From: a virus
DNA length: 64,000 nt
Reading direction: 5' to 3' (one strand)
IMG/VR virus record: IMGVR_UViG_3300044801_000208
Span: 33,809-97,808 of that record
The position numbers and the translations under genes are program-made. The notes under the pieces were generated by a model. The model did not search any database. It was given only the letters and a program-made list of their open reading frames with translations, and was not told the origin of the DNA. This document shows positions 51,310-60,825 of the stretch, piece after piece. Position 1 is the first letter of the stretch; each line of letters begins with the position of its first letter.

Positions 51310-52054
51310 TTTTACGCTTATACTCGGAATTGATCTGGAGACGACTGGCCTCCAGATTGAGACCATCGGCGTCACGGAAATAGGGATGGTTGTTTGGGAC
51401 ACGGACCTCCGCGCCCCCATCAAGTTGTTCGGCACCCTCGTGGACCCCGGCCCGGGCGTGATCTGGGAGCCAGGCGTGGAGAAGATCAACCACCTCACCC
51501 CGGAGCTGTGCTCCAAGTGGGGCATGGCCGAGGACAAGGCCCTGCGCTACGTCCTCTCCTGGTACGGCAGCGCCGACGTGGCCTGCGCCCACAACGGCAC
51601 GGTGTTCGACCGCCCCGTCCTGGACGCGTGGGCCGCCAGGCACGGCCTCGACTCCCAGCCCTCCAAGATATGGATCGACACCAAGGCGGACCTGGAGGTG
51701 CCCGAGCGCAACAGCACTAGGCTGACCTACATGGCGGCCGACCACGCCTTCCTCAACCCCTTCCCGCACAGGGCGATGTTCGACGTGATGACGATGCTGA
51801 AGATTCTGGACAACTACGACATCGGCAAGGTCATGGAGCTCGCCAAGAGCCCGACCGTCACGGTCAAGGCCATCGTGTCCTTCGACCAGAAGGACCTGGC
51901 CCGAAACAGGGGCTACCACGCGCAGTACGAGACGAACCGGGACGGCTCGCGGGGCAAGTTCAAGCACTGGTCCATGTCCGTCAAGGCCATCAAGCTGGAC
52001 CAGGTCCGCGAGGCGGCCAAGGCGGCGGGGTTCGACGTCGAGGTCATCGGATAG
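51284..52054 (+). CDS. DEDDh 3'-5' exonuclease (DnaQ-like); start uncertain
   Basis: GIDLETTG, AHNG..FD, HRAMFD. Confidence 0.88.
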   Translation: MVLSTGRNDFTLILGIDLETTGLQIETIGVTEIGMVVWDTDLRAPIKLFGTLVDPGPGVIWEPGVEKINHLTPELCSKWGMAEDKALRYVLSWYGSADVACAHNGTVFDRPVLDAWAARHGLDSQPSKIWIDTKADLEVPERNSTRLTYMAADHAFLNPFPHRAMFDVMTMLKILDNYDIGKVMELAKSPTVTVKAIVSFDQKDLARNRGYHAQYETNRDGSRGKFKHWSMSVKAIKLDQVREAAKAAGFDVEVIG

Positions 52055-52155
52055 TCGAATTTGCGCTATTCGAGGAAAAAATGCGACTACGAGTCCCGGA
52101 AGTAGTATTGTAGATCAATCACTGTCCGCAGTGGCCCGATCCACATGGGGGACTA

Positions 52156-53643
52156 ATGCAGTTCAAACGCCTTCTCGCCGCAGCCCTGCTCGTCATTTCC
52201 GGACTAGCTTCCGGCCAAACACAAGCGCCCGCGAAAGCGCAGACCTTGCCGTTCTTCTTCCCGCCGGGCTTCCACCAGACCTCCGACCCCATCAGGCAGC
52301 GTGAGGAGTACGTCCGTTGGCTCAATAGCACCTGGAACTGCAACCAGGGGAACCCGAACGGCATGGGCGCGACCATCCCAGGCAGCGACTCCATCGCCGT
52401 GCAGACCGACGTCGTGAGCACCGACAGCGTCACCGAGAACCCCGCGAAGATGAAGATGGTCTTCGACCACTACATCCGCGTAAACGGGCGCATCCGCTAC
52501 TCCGACCTCTGCCACACCGAGTTCATCACCGACGAGCAGTTCGCGGTCGTGCAGGCGGGCCTCCAGAAGCAGGCCGTCGACGCCGCGCAGCGGGACTACG
52601 AGTTCTACACCGTCATCTACGAGAAGTCGATAGAGGCCAGGGCGGCCAAACTGGGCATCAAGAAGGAAGAGCTCGTCAAGGAGCTGGACGAGAAGGTCCC
52701 GGGCAGCCCCACGGTCACCTGGCGCGAGGTCCACAGGATACCGAAGCCGATGCACCCCTCTGACTTCGTCCCCCGCGAGCTGCACCTCGGGTTCAACCCG
52801 CCCCTCGGCGGCATCCTGGGCGTCACGTGGCTCAACACGGGCGTCATCTACTACAACCCCGACGCCTGGATCACCGATTACCTCAACGGCATCCCGAAGG
52901 TCATGCAGCACGAGGAGGTACACGGCAACATCAACATCCAGAAGTGGCCCCTGTCCGAGGCGTTCGACGTGGAGCTGATCGCGTCCATCCCGGAGATGCT
53001 GTACCCCGAGAACCAGACGGACTACCCGTCCCACGGCTACGCCGCGCCCATCCGCGAGCTGGCACAGATATACTTCGGCATGGACTGGGACGAGATGCGG
53101 AAGCAGATCGTCAAGTTCGACTACGCCGGGAACATCGTCTACGACGACGAGAAATACCTCTACTACTACAAGCAGATCGACCAGATCAAGGCGGAGATGC
53201 TCCGGTTCTTCATGGACGTGACCATCCCCGAGTTCGAGTCCGACCCGATCGGCTGGGGCGCGATCAACGACATACGCGGCGACAACAACACCGTCTTCCG
53301 CGTCACGATGGCCGACCACTACCAGATATGCTCCCTCGGCGGCTGCGCGAAGTCGCAGCAGTGGCTTGAGGAGAACAAGGACGCCATCAACGAGATCGCC
53401 AAGAAGGCGTTCGAGGCGGGGCTCGGCAAGAACCGCAGCGGCGGAAACTTCAAGGACGTGACGCCGTGGATGCGGGCGCAGTACGACAGGCTGTTCACCT
53501 CCTCGGAGCAGGCGCAGATCGAGAAGTACTTCGCCGCGCACCCGGAGCAGCTGGACAACCTCCGCAAGATGAGCCCGGCCGAGGCCGTGATGTTCATGCA
53601 GAGGTTCAAGACGGGCGCGGCCCAGGGGGTAACGGTACGGTGA
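52156..53643 (+). CDS. Secreted protein with HExxH motif
   Basis: Signal peptide; QHEEVH followed by a distal E. Confidence 0.7.
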   Translation: MQFKRLLAAALLVISGLASGQTQAPAKAQTLPFFFPPGFHQTSDPIRQREEYVRWLNSTWNCNQGNPNGMGATIPGSDSIAVQTDVVSTDSVTENPAKMKMVFDHYIRVNGRIRYSDLCHTEFITDEQFAVVQAGLQKQAVDAAQRDYEFYTVIYEKSIEARAAKLGIKKEELVKELDEKVPGSPTVTWREVHRIPKPMHPSDFVPRELHLGFNPPLGGILGVTWLNTGVIYYNPDAWITDYLNGIPKVMQHEEVHGNINIQKWPLSEAFDVELIASIPEMLYPENQTDYPSHGYAAPIRELAQIYFGMDWDEMRKQIVKFDYAGNIVYDDEKYLYYYKQIDQIKAEMLRFFMDVTIPEFESDPIGWGAINDIRGDNNTVFRVTMADHYQICSLGGCAKSQQWLEENKDAINEIAKKAFEAGLGKNRSGGNFKDVTPWMRAQYDRLFTSSEQAQIEKYFAAHPEQLDNLRKMSPAEAVMFMQRFKTGAAQGVTVR

Positions 53644-55283
53644 AAAAGTCATTGCAGGCAGCAGCTCTAATTCTCGCGCTCGGTCTTGCGACCGCGTGCG
53701 CACCGCCGTACCGCCAGACCTTCAACGACGAGGGCAAGGCCCGGGGCTGGACGCAGAAGCAGACCGACGCCGCCTTCGCCTACGCCGACCGCACGTTCTG
53801 GTCCCGCGAGGCCGGTGAGAACAAGTACGTCATCAGCTTCGGCAAGGTTCCCACGGCCAAGGTGCGCGAGCAGCTTGAGGGCGTGCTCAAGGACCTGGAC
53901 GCCGGGCTGGACCCGAAGAACGCCGAGATGAAGCAGTACCTCGACACCTTCGGCCTCCGCAAGGACCTGGAGCATGACGAGGAGGTGGCGCAGGCCATCT
54001 ACGACCGCGTCCGCGCCTCCGAGCTACAGGGGCAGTTCTCCCAGATGATGGGCGACACCCCGCAGTACGGCATCGAGGCGGAGCTGTCCCAGGGCTACAA
54101 CATCCGCAAGATTTACGTGAACAAGCAGCTAGCCGACGCGTTCCCCTTCACCTCCGAGCAGGTCGAGGCGGCGAAGAAGAGCGGCACCCTGAAGCAGATC
54201 GCCCAGGTCACCCTGGACGAGTCCGTGCAGTACGACCACAAGGACCCGAACCCCAAGAACCCCGACGACGCGAACGACTTCGTCTGGAAGGGGCGCAGCC
54301 AGAAGGTCATCCTGACGGAGTACAAAATCGTCGACGTGGACAAGCCCCTGGACAACAAGGGCGACTACATCGAGGGCTACCGCGTGATCGACGGCAAGCA
54401 GGAGAGCCGCCCCGCGATCAAGGTGTTCTTCCCGACCAGCGGGAGCATGGCCGTGCTGCTCGTCGACACCGACGAGGAGGGCCAGCCCGGCTTCGGCATC
54501 CCGAACATCATCGAGCAGATCAGCGACACGACCAACGTGCAGGAGCTCATCGCCGACGGCAACCTGCTGAACAGCCTCTTCGACAAGAAGGAGGCCAAGA
54601 AGAACCGCGTGGTCGAGCAGGCGCAGCTCTTCAAGATCGAGATCGTGCCGATCGGCGGCAAGGTCGACGAGTGGCAGAAGTCCCCCGACGCGTCGGGCTG
54701 GATCGTGCCGTTCAAGTACGCCACGGAGCGCGGCGACAACTACAACGTCCGCATCCACTACAAGAAGCCGAGCTTCGACCCGGAGACCGCCTCCACGCAC
54801 CACAGCGAGTACATGGAGATTGAGTACGTCGAGAAGGAGTACACCAAGAGCGGCGAGCGGTACGAGGCGTCCAACGGCAAGGTCATCGGGTACTACCGCC
54901 CGCGCAAGGACTTCTCCGGGCCCGTCAAGGGCATGGTCCAGTTCGAGTCGGACACCAAGGAAGTGCGCTTCGAGTACGCGGACGGCTCCGTCATCGACGG
55001 CTTCGTGACCCCCGGCAAGAACAAGTTCGTGGAGGACGAGCCGTACGCCAAGTCCTACAACGAGGGCCAGAAGCGTTGGTGGATAGAGAGGTCCGAGGGC
55101 AGCAAGGTCTACGACAAGCGCAGGTCCGTCGGGCAGCCCAAGGAAGAGACCGGGGAGTACCGCGAAGAGGACATGAACGACACCGTCCGCTCCGAGGCCG
55201 GGGCCTACAGCAGGAACCCGGAGTACCGCAAACCGCAGGCCAAGCGGGGGCCGGACCAAGCCCCTAACGGCAGCAAGCAGTAA
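53640..55283 (+). CDS. Large lipoprotein, hypothetical
   Basis: GTG start coupled to the upstream stop; KK-hydrophobic-LATA|C lipobox. Confidence 0.75.
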   Translation: MKKSLQAAALILALGLATACAPPYRQTFNDEGKARGWTQKQTDAAFAYADRTFWSREAGENKYVISFGKVPTAKVREQLEGVLKDLDAGLDPKNAEMKQYLDTFGLRKDLEHDEEVAQAIYDRVRASELQGQFSQMMGDTPQYGIEAELSQGYNIRKIYVNKQLADAFPFTSEQVEAAKKSGTLKQIAQVTLDESVQYDHKDPNPKNPDDANDFVWKGRSQKVILTEYKIVDVDKPLDNKGDYIEGYRVIDGKQESRPAIKVFFPTSGSMAVLLVDTDEEGQPGFGIPNIIEQISDTTNVQELIADGNLLNSLFDKKEAKKNRVVEQAQLFKIEIVPIGGKVDEWQKSPDASGWIVPFKYATERGDNYNVRIHYKKPSFDPETASTHHSEYMEIEYVEKEYTKSGERYEASNGKVIGYYRPRKDFSGPVKGMVQFESDTKEVRFEYADGSVIDGFVTPGKNKFVEDEPYAKSYNEGQKRWWIERSEGSKVYDKRRSVGQPKEETGEYREEDMNDTVRSEAGAYSRNPEYRKPQAKRGPDQAPNGSKQ

Positions 55284-55325
55284 CCAGGCGATAAACTACC
55301 TACGCATCCATAGGTAGAGACAACT

Positions 55326-55799
55326 ATGGATGCGAAGTGTCGGAACTGTAAGAACCCTCCGGAACCAGGCAGAGTCAGATGCGTCACCTGCGCGACAGCG
55401 AACCGTACGGGCACGCGACGCCTGATCAGAGACCGCAAGCAGAGCGGTCTGTGCATCACCTGTGGCGTTTCAGCTAGTTCAGGGAAAACCCGCTGTGCTG
55501 AGCATCTCAAGCAAGCCGTCGACGCGGCGAAGAAGTACAAGACCCTGTGCTTTAACGCATACGGTATGGTTTGTGCTTGCTGCCTTGTCGAGTTCGAAGA
55601 TACTTTCCTGACGCTCAACCACGTCAACAACGACGGCAGCGCCCACAGGAAAGAGATCAAGAGGGCGTCTATCTACAGGTGGGCGGCGAGCCACGGATTT
55701 CCTTCTACGCTCGAAACGAACTGCTGGAATTGCAACTGCGCGAAGATGGTGAACGGCGGCGTCTGCCCGCATCGAGCTAATCGTTTACCTGTCTCATAG
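55326..55799 (+). CDS. HNH homing endonuclease
   Basis: YGMVCACC, LTLNHVNNDG, CWNCN. Confidence 0.8.
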   Translation: MDAKCRNCKNPPEPGRVRCVTCATANRTGTRRLIRDRKQSGLCITCGVSASSGKTRCAEHLKQAVDAAKKYKTLCFNAYGMVCACCLVEFEDTFLTLNHVNNDGSAHRKEIKRASIYRWAASHGFPSTLETNCWNCNCAKMVNGGVCPHRANRLPVS

Positions 55800-55829
55800 G
55801 CAAGGACTTTTCCTTCCCTGTGAGGCGCG

Positions 55830-56588
55830 ATGAAGTTTTTGGCCACGGCAGCCCTGCTCATATCCCTGCTCTTCCCCCTGAGCGCCTGCGCCGACTCCGC
55901 CCGCACCTCCGTTACGCAACAGCCTGACCCCAAGGCGGTTACAAGCACCTTCCTCACCGACTTCTACAAGGCCACGGTCGTCCTCTACCGCCAGAGCGGC
56001 GACGACGGCGCGCTCCAGCCGTCCTGCACCGCTACCTCAATCATGCGGGTCGACGGGGGCTACTTTTTCGTCACCGCCTCGCACTGCATCGACCCGGGGT
56101 ACGACTACTACGTCACCTCCGACGGGCAGACACCCAAGGTCTTCTGGCTGGTCGCCGCCGTGGACAAGGGCGACGCCGCCGAGGGCCTGGACTACGCGGT
56201 CCTGTACGTCCCCACTACGGAGGTGTTCCCCGTGATCCCGCTCGGCGCGGACCCGGAGAACCTCCTGGGTGAGCCCGTGGTGAGCGTGTCCGCCCCGCTA
56301 GGGATGGGCAAGCAGGTGCTAAGGGGCAGCATCACCAACCCGCAGGTGGAGCGTTCCGTGCTCGTGCGGGCCCACGGCAAGGTCGTGGGGAACTGGAAGG
56401 GCGCGATGCTCCTACAGATGCCCGGCGTCAACCCCGCGTCCAGCGGCTCGGCCGTCGGCTGCGCCAACCAGAAGGCCGTCTGCGGCATCATCGTGGGCGT
56501 GATCTCCACCGGCGTAGGGCAGGAGGCCGTCGCCCTCCCGATCAGCCGCCTGGCCGCCGAGCTCAAGTCCCACCTTCCCAAGAAGTAA
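55830..56588 (+). CDS. Exported trypsin-like serine protease
   Basis: Signal peptide/lipobox LSAC; TASHC, DYAVL, PASSGS triad. Confidence 0.85.
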   Translation: MKFLATAALLISLLFPLSACADSARTSVTQQPDPKAVTSTFLTDFYKATVVLYRQSGDDGALQPSCTATSIMRVDGGYFFVTASHCIDPGYDYYVTSDGQTPKVFWLVAAVDKGDAAEGLDYAVLYVPTTEVFPVIPLGADPENLLGEPVVSVSAPLGMGKQVLRGSITNPQVERSVLVRAHGKVVGNWKGAMLLQMPGVNPASSGSAVGCANQKAVCGIIVGVISTGVGQEAVALPISRLAAELKSHLPKK

Positions 56589-56600
56589 GTATTAGACAGC

Positions 56601-56852
56601 ATGTGCTGCGGTAACATCCCCAGGCTGTGCGAGTGCGGCTGCTCGGAGTACGACCACGACGAACCAGCCATCGAGGACAAGGCCTTCTACGTCCACTTCG
56701 GCGGCACCCAGCCGTCAAGGGGGAAGTGCAACGGCCAGCACCTCGCGGGCCTGATCGAGGGCCACATCCCCGACTTCCAGCCCTGCCCGTGCCAAAAATT
56801 CAAGGACATCTTCGAGCCGGTCGCGATCTCTATGCAGTCCCACCTGAACTAA
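56601..56852 (+). CDS. Small Cys-rich protein
   Basis: CECGC...H, C, CPC..F. Confidence 0.6.
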   Translation: MCCGNIPRLCECGCSEYDHDEPAIEDKAFYVHFGGTQPSRGKCNGQHLAGLIEGHIPDFQPCPCQKFKDIFEPVAISMQSHLN

Positions 56853-57744
56853 TTGGTGGCGTTCTTGACAAGTGGTCCTGCTTTTGCGGCACAAGACCGA
56901 GAACAGCAAGTTTTTTTTTGCGGTTAGGTAGTTGGAGAGCACGAAACATTTTCCTCGTGCACCGCACCCAGCCGTTAGCCATTAGGATGGCGGCATTCTC
57001 CTGATCGACGAAACGGGTTTCTGAATTTGTAGGGCAGAGAAGCCATATCGTTCCGATTCTTATTTTTCTCAAAATCTCTTTTTGTACTTCGGGCATCGGT
57101 CCACGTTTCGGCATCGGCTTACCCTTCTTTGCCAGACTCATATTTAGTCGGTGCTCCGCACTTTTTGGTCTGTTCTTCAGCCTTGCACGTATCTTCTCTC
57201 CGAATCCGGCTGGCTTTGGTTTACCTGTCTTGCTTTCGGAGAGATGCTTACACCACTCCTTTGAAAACGTTTTTCCCTTGTTCGGTCGATGCCCCATGCG
57301 TCGGCGTGTGTCTACGCCTTGGCGCGTTGCTTCTGGGTTTGCCCGTCTCCCTGTAAGGGTCTGAGCAATTTTTCTTTTCGTATCCTCGGGCAAAGGTACA
57401 CCTTTGCGAGATGATGGCGGTCGTCCAACTTCGCCGGGTCGGCGGATGTTGTAGCCAGCGGTTAGGGCACTGTATTGTTCCGCCAATGAGAGTTCTTTAG
57501 CTACCCGCTCGTTGGGATCGCAGAATTCTAGGACATTTACAGTAAACGCGGATTCTCCGTATTTGTCCCAAGAGTGTTGGAGATGGGGGTTTTCGTGTAG
57601 ACCTCTCTGGAGCATTCTACGATGGTACCGCAGCCTGTTGTAAAGAGAGACGGAGCTTCCCACGTAATACTTCTGGTTGGCAGTATTACGTATACAGTAG
57701 ACGCCACACCGCTGATCAATAAGCTTTTTTGACGGCAATTCCAT
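56830..57744 (-). CDS. GIY-YIG homing endonuclease with NUMOD3-like repeats
   Basis: GVYCIRN..YYVGSS, HENPHLQHSWDKYG, GYN. Confidence 0.9.
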   Translation of the reverse strand: MELPSKKLIDQRCGVYCIRNTANQKYYVGSSVSLYNRLRYHRRMLQRGLHENPHLQHSWDKYGESAFTVNVLEFCDPNERVAKELSLAEQYSALTAGYNIRRPGEVGRPPSSRKGVPLPEDTKRKIAQTLTGRRANPEATRQGVDTRRRMGHRPNKGKTFSKEWCKHLSESKTGKPKPAGFGEKIRARLKNRPKSAEHRLNMSLAKKGKPMPKRGPMPEVQKEILRKIRIGTIWLLCPTNSETRFVDQENAAILMANGWVRCTRKMFRALQLPNRKKKLAVLGLVPQKQDHLSRTPPISSGGTA

Positions 57745-57782
57745 AAGACAACCTCTACTAGATACTAAAGGAAGTCAATTTA

Positions 57783-58595
57783 GTGAGAAAAGAAACTCAA
57801 CAAATTATCCGAAATATCCCGCCCCCTATGCCGGAGATTTCTCAGTGGGTTATATTTGCGCTGGATTTGTCCCTTTCTCGAACAGGATGGGCGGTGTCGC
57901 ATATCAAAAAGGAGCCGGGGCGAACAGAAGCGGTGACCCTTGGGGTTGGGTCAGTCAAGCCCGAGTCGGCAAGTGCTCCCGTGTGGGTTAGGAGTGTGAT
58001 GATCGGTCAAGGTCTCATGGAAGTTATGGTGACACCGGGAGTGAGGTCTCTATTAGAACAGGGGGCCGGTATTATGTTTGCCGTGGAAGCCGCCACGCCA
58101 CGTAACGATTTCCTTACAAGTATTTCACGAGTTACACATTCTATCTTTTTTGCGCAAGGAACCCCTTTTGACAAAAAGAGAGTTTATACACTTTCGGTGA
58201 ACGCAAGCACGCTGCGTTCACTTATGCACCTTTCGCAACGAGGAGCTGGGAACAAAAAAGAGAATATTGAAAAGGCGTTTACCTACGTGAGCAAGCAAGC
58301 CTACCCAAAATTGGATAGTGATGCTTGTGATGCCGTGTTGCTGGCTGCGGTTGGGGAGCACGCATGCCGCATTTTTCTCGGGTACCCCGATGAGGTACCA
58401 GAAAATTTCATCAACACTTTATGTAACGCGGCGCAAGAAGTCAAAGGCAAGGGGCGCAGGCAGCGAGTTGTTACCAAAGGGATTTTGCACCGCCCAGAGT
58501 ACTTCTACACTCACGAAACGCAGACTAGGACTCTCCTTAAAAAGGATGCCAGCAGCCCGTCAAAAAAGCTCAGCCGTTCTGAGTTCAAAATCTAA
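57783..58595 (+). CDS. RuvC-like Holliday junction resolvase
   Basis: ALDLSLSRTGWA, AVE, KKE, DACDA; AT-richer than core genes. Confidence 0.7.
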   Translation: MRKETQQIIRNIPPPMPEISQWVIFALDLSLSRTGWAVSHIKKEPGRTEAVTLGVGSVKPESASAPVWVRSVMIGQGLMEVMVTPGVRSLLEQGAGIMFAVEAATPRNDFLTSISRVTHSIFFAQGTPFDKKRVYTLSVNASTLRSLMHLSQRGAGNKKENIEKAFTYVSKQAYPKLDSDACDAVLLAAVGEHACRIFLGYPDEVPENFINTLCNAAQEVKGKGRRQRVVTKGILHRPEYFYTHETQTRTLLKKDASSPSKKLSRSEFKI

Positions 58596-58666
58596 ATTTC
58601 CAGTATTACAGTAGTGAGTCCCGCCTAGACCTCAGGTCGCAAGGGCATCGACTCTAGGAGAGCCAC

Positions 58667-59953
58667 ATGGCGAAGCCGCAGCAGAAGTCTGCCCCGATAG
58701 ACACCCGCAATCTCACAGTTGACCAGCGCCGCGAGCTCTTCCTGAAGGGGCGCAAGGAGGAGAAGCCTGACTACCAGGTCCTCACCAAGGACTACACCGA
58801 CGAGCTCATCCCGTACGGCCTGATCACCTTCGACTACGTTCTCGGCCTCGGCGGCATCTCCAGGCACGGCCGCGTCTCCCAGGTGCACGGCGACGAGGGC
58901 GTCGGCAAGTCCACCCTCACCTACCAGATCGCCAAGAATTACCAGGAGTACACGGGCGAGCCGCTGGGCGTGTTCGACTTCGAGGGCACGGGCACCCCGG
59001 AGTACCTGGCCCGCATCGGCTGCGACATGGACATGGTCACCCTCCGCCAGCCCGACAGCATGGAGAACGCGGTCATAGACACGATCGACCTCATCAAGCA
59101 GGGCTGCCGCTTCTTCATCTACGACTCTATCCCGTGGATCAACACCATGGTGGACGAGAAGGACATCCGCTCCAAGAAGGCGTTCCGCGCCTCCTACGGC
59201 AAGCACGCCCAGATCATGGACAAGTTCTTCAAGACCCTGCACCCCTACGTCAAGCGTGCCGACGGCCACATGTTCATGATCAACCAGACCCGCTCCCGCA
59301 TCGACGACTCCACCGAGGCGAGCTGGGCCAACGACTACAGCTACACGAACAAGACCTACGTCCTCCCGGGCGGGCGCATCTGCCGCTTCACGCCGTCCAC
59401 GATGATCGAGCTCCGCATGATCAAGGAGGTCAAGCCGTTCGACGGCAAGCCGGGCAGCGCGGGCGACCCCGCCAAGGACTGCTTCGTGGTCGAGCCAGCC
59501 ACGCCCGAGACCGAGGGCAAGCCCTGCGTCAACCTCGTCAGGGCGAGGACGCTCAAGAACAAGGTGACGGGCGCGGGCTTCCGCGAGGGCCACATCTGGG
59601 TCCGCCCCGCGACCAGCGCCATGCCGGGCATCGACGACCTGATGTCCGTCCGCGAGCTGGCGAGGGAGTACGGCTACATCACCAACAAGGGCGCGAAGTG
59701 GTGCGTCGGGAGGTCCTTCGACGACGCCATCATCGTGTACCCGAACAAGGACGCGGCGGTCGAGGACCTGACGGTCAACAGGAACCCCGAGGTGCACGCC
59801 AAGCTCAAGGCGCTCCTGGCCGAGGCGATCGTGAAGGACCAGAGCGGACGCCACGCCACCGTGGTCACCGCCGAGGAGATCGGCATGATCGAGGGCGACG
59901 ACGTCCAGGCACCCGTGGGCAAGGGCTTGGTGGCCGAGGAAGACGACGAGTAA
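58667..59953 (+). CDS. recA: RecA/UvsX recombinase
   Basis: D.VLGLGGI..GRV, GDEGVGKST, DFE, QPD, YDSI, INQTR, PGG...F, KNKV. Confidence 0.92.
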   Translation: MAKPQQKSAPIDTRNLTVDQRRELFLKGRKEEKPDYQVLTKDYTDELIPYGLITFDYVLGLGGISRHGRVSQVHGDEGVGKSTLTYQIAKNYQEYTGEPLGVFDFEGTGTPEYLARIGCDMDMVTLRQPDSMENAVIDTIDLIKQGCRFFIYDSIPWINTMVDEKDIRSKKAFRASYGKHAQIMDKFFKTLHPYVKRADGHMFMINQTRSRIDDSTEASWANDYSYTNKTYVLPGGRICRFTPSTMIELRMIKEVKPFDGKPGSAGDPAKDCFVVEPATPETEGKPCVNLVRARTLKNKVTGAGFREGHIWVRPATSAMPGIDDLMSVRELAREYGYITNKGAKWCVGRSFDDAIIVYPNKDAAVEDLTVNRNPEVHAKLKALLAEAIVKDQSGRHATVVTAEEIGMIEGDDVQAPVGKGLVAEEDDE

Positions 59954-60210
59954 TGATCAGCGACAAGCAGAGGCAGTACCTCTACGACCTGGCGACGTCC
60001 TTCGTCGACGTGAACCACAGGCTGGTGAACGAGCTCCGCGACAAGGCGGAGGACATCGTCGTGCGGAAGGAACTCCCCTGGGACGACTTCTCGTTCGTCT
60101 GGGAAATCCTGCGCGAGGGCGCGATCATGTACAAGCACAGGGAGCTGGTGCACGCCTACGAAGAGGCGAAGGAGGAGGCGGACAATGGCAATGACTGCTA
60201 CTCAGTATAA
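59953..60210 (+). CDS. Small hypothetical protein
   Basis: TAATG coupling; MISDKQRQYL... Confidence 0.65.
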   Translation: MISDKQRQYLYDLATSFVDVNHRLVNELRDKAEDIVVRKELPWDDFSFVWEILREGAIMYKHRELVHAYEEAKEEADNGNDCYSV

Positions 60211-60300
60211 AAAGCACGAGCATGACGGCGAGACTTGGTGGAATCGAGCAAATTAGCCCCCGCCGCCGCGTCAAAATGGGTTGACTGAGTATTAGCCTAG

Positions 60301-60825
60301 ATGGGCAAAGTGGGCACCAGTCGAACGATTGATCTTTTGGGTCAGGCCTTCAACCGATTCACCGTCCTCAAGAAAATAGGGCTGAACAAGTCTAGGTCAG
60401 CCGTGTGGGCGTGCAAGTGCGTATGTGGTGCACGTACGAAAGTTGTGGGTTCTGACCTCATCCGTGGTCGAATAAAGAGCTGCGGATGCCTTGCCAGGCA
60501 TGGAAAATGCAAGACAGTAGAATACGCGATTTTCCACTCCGCCAAGCACCGCGCTAAGCTCGGGAAAATTCCCTTCACTCTAAAACTGAGTGACATAGTT
60601 GTCCCTCTGATCTGTCCTGTCCTTGACATCCCGATTCATCGTCACGTCAAAAAACTACGCGAGGACAGCCCGTCCCTTGAGCGTATCTATCCAACAGAAG
60701 GGTACGTTCTCGGCAACGTGGCTGTCATCAGCCACAAAGCCAATCGAATGAAGGGGGAATCAACCCCTGAAGAACTGATAGCCCTTGGTGAGAAGTTCCG
60801 GAGGCTGCATGCGACTCTCCGGTAG
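60301..60825 (+). CDS. HNH-like homing endonuclease
   Basis: WACKCVCG, SCGC, CPVL, SPSLER..GYVLGNV.VIS.KAN. Confidence 0.85.
   Translation: MGKVGTSRTIDLLGQAFNRFTVLKKIGLNKSRSAVWACKCVCGARTKVVGSDLIRGRIKSCGCLARHGKCKTVEYAIFHSAKHRAKLGKIPFTLKLSDIVVPLICPVLDIPIHRHVKKLREDSPSLERIYPTEGYVLGNVAVISHKANRMKGESTPEELIALGEKFRRLHATLR

Noticed and set aside
1744-60825. Group I introns hosting the endonuclease genes
   Set aside because: The endonuclease genes sit between intact genes with little flanking non-coding sequence and no recognisable intron core.
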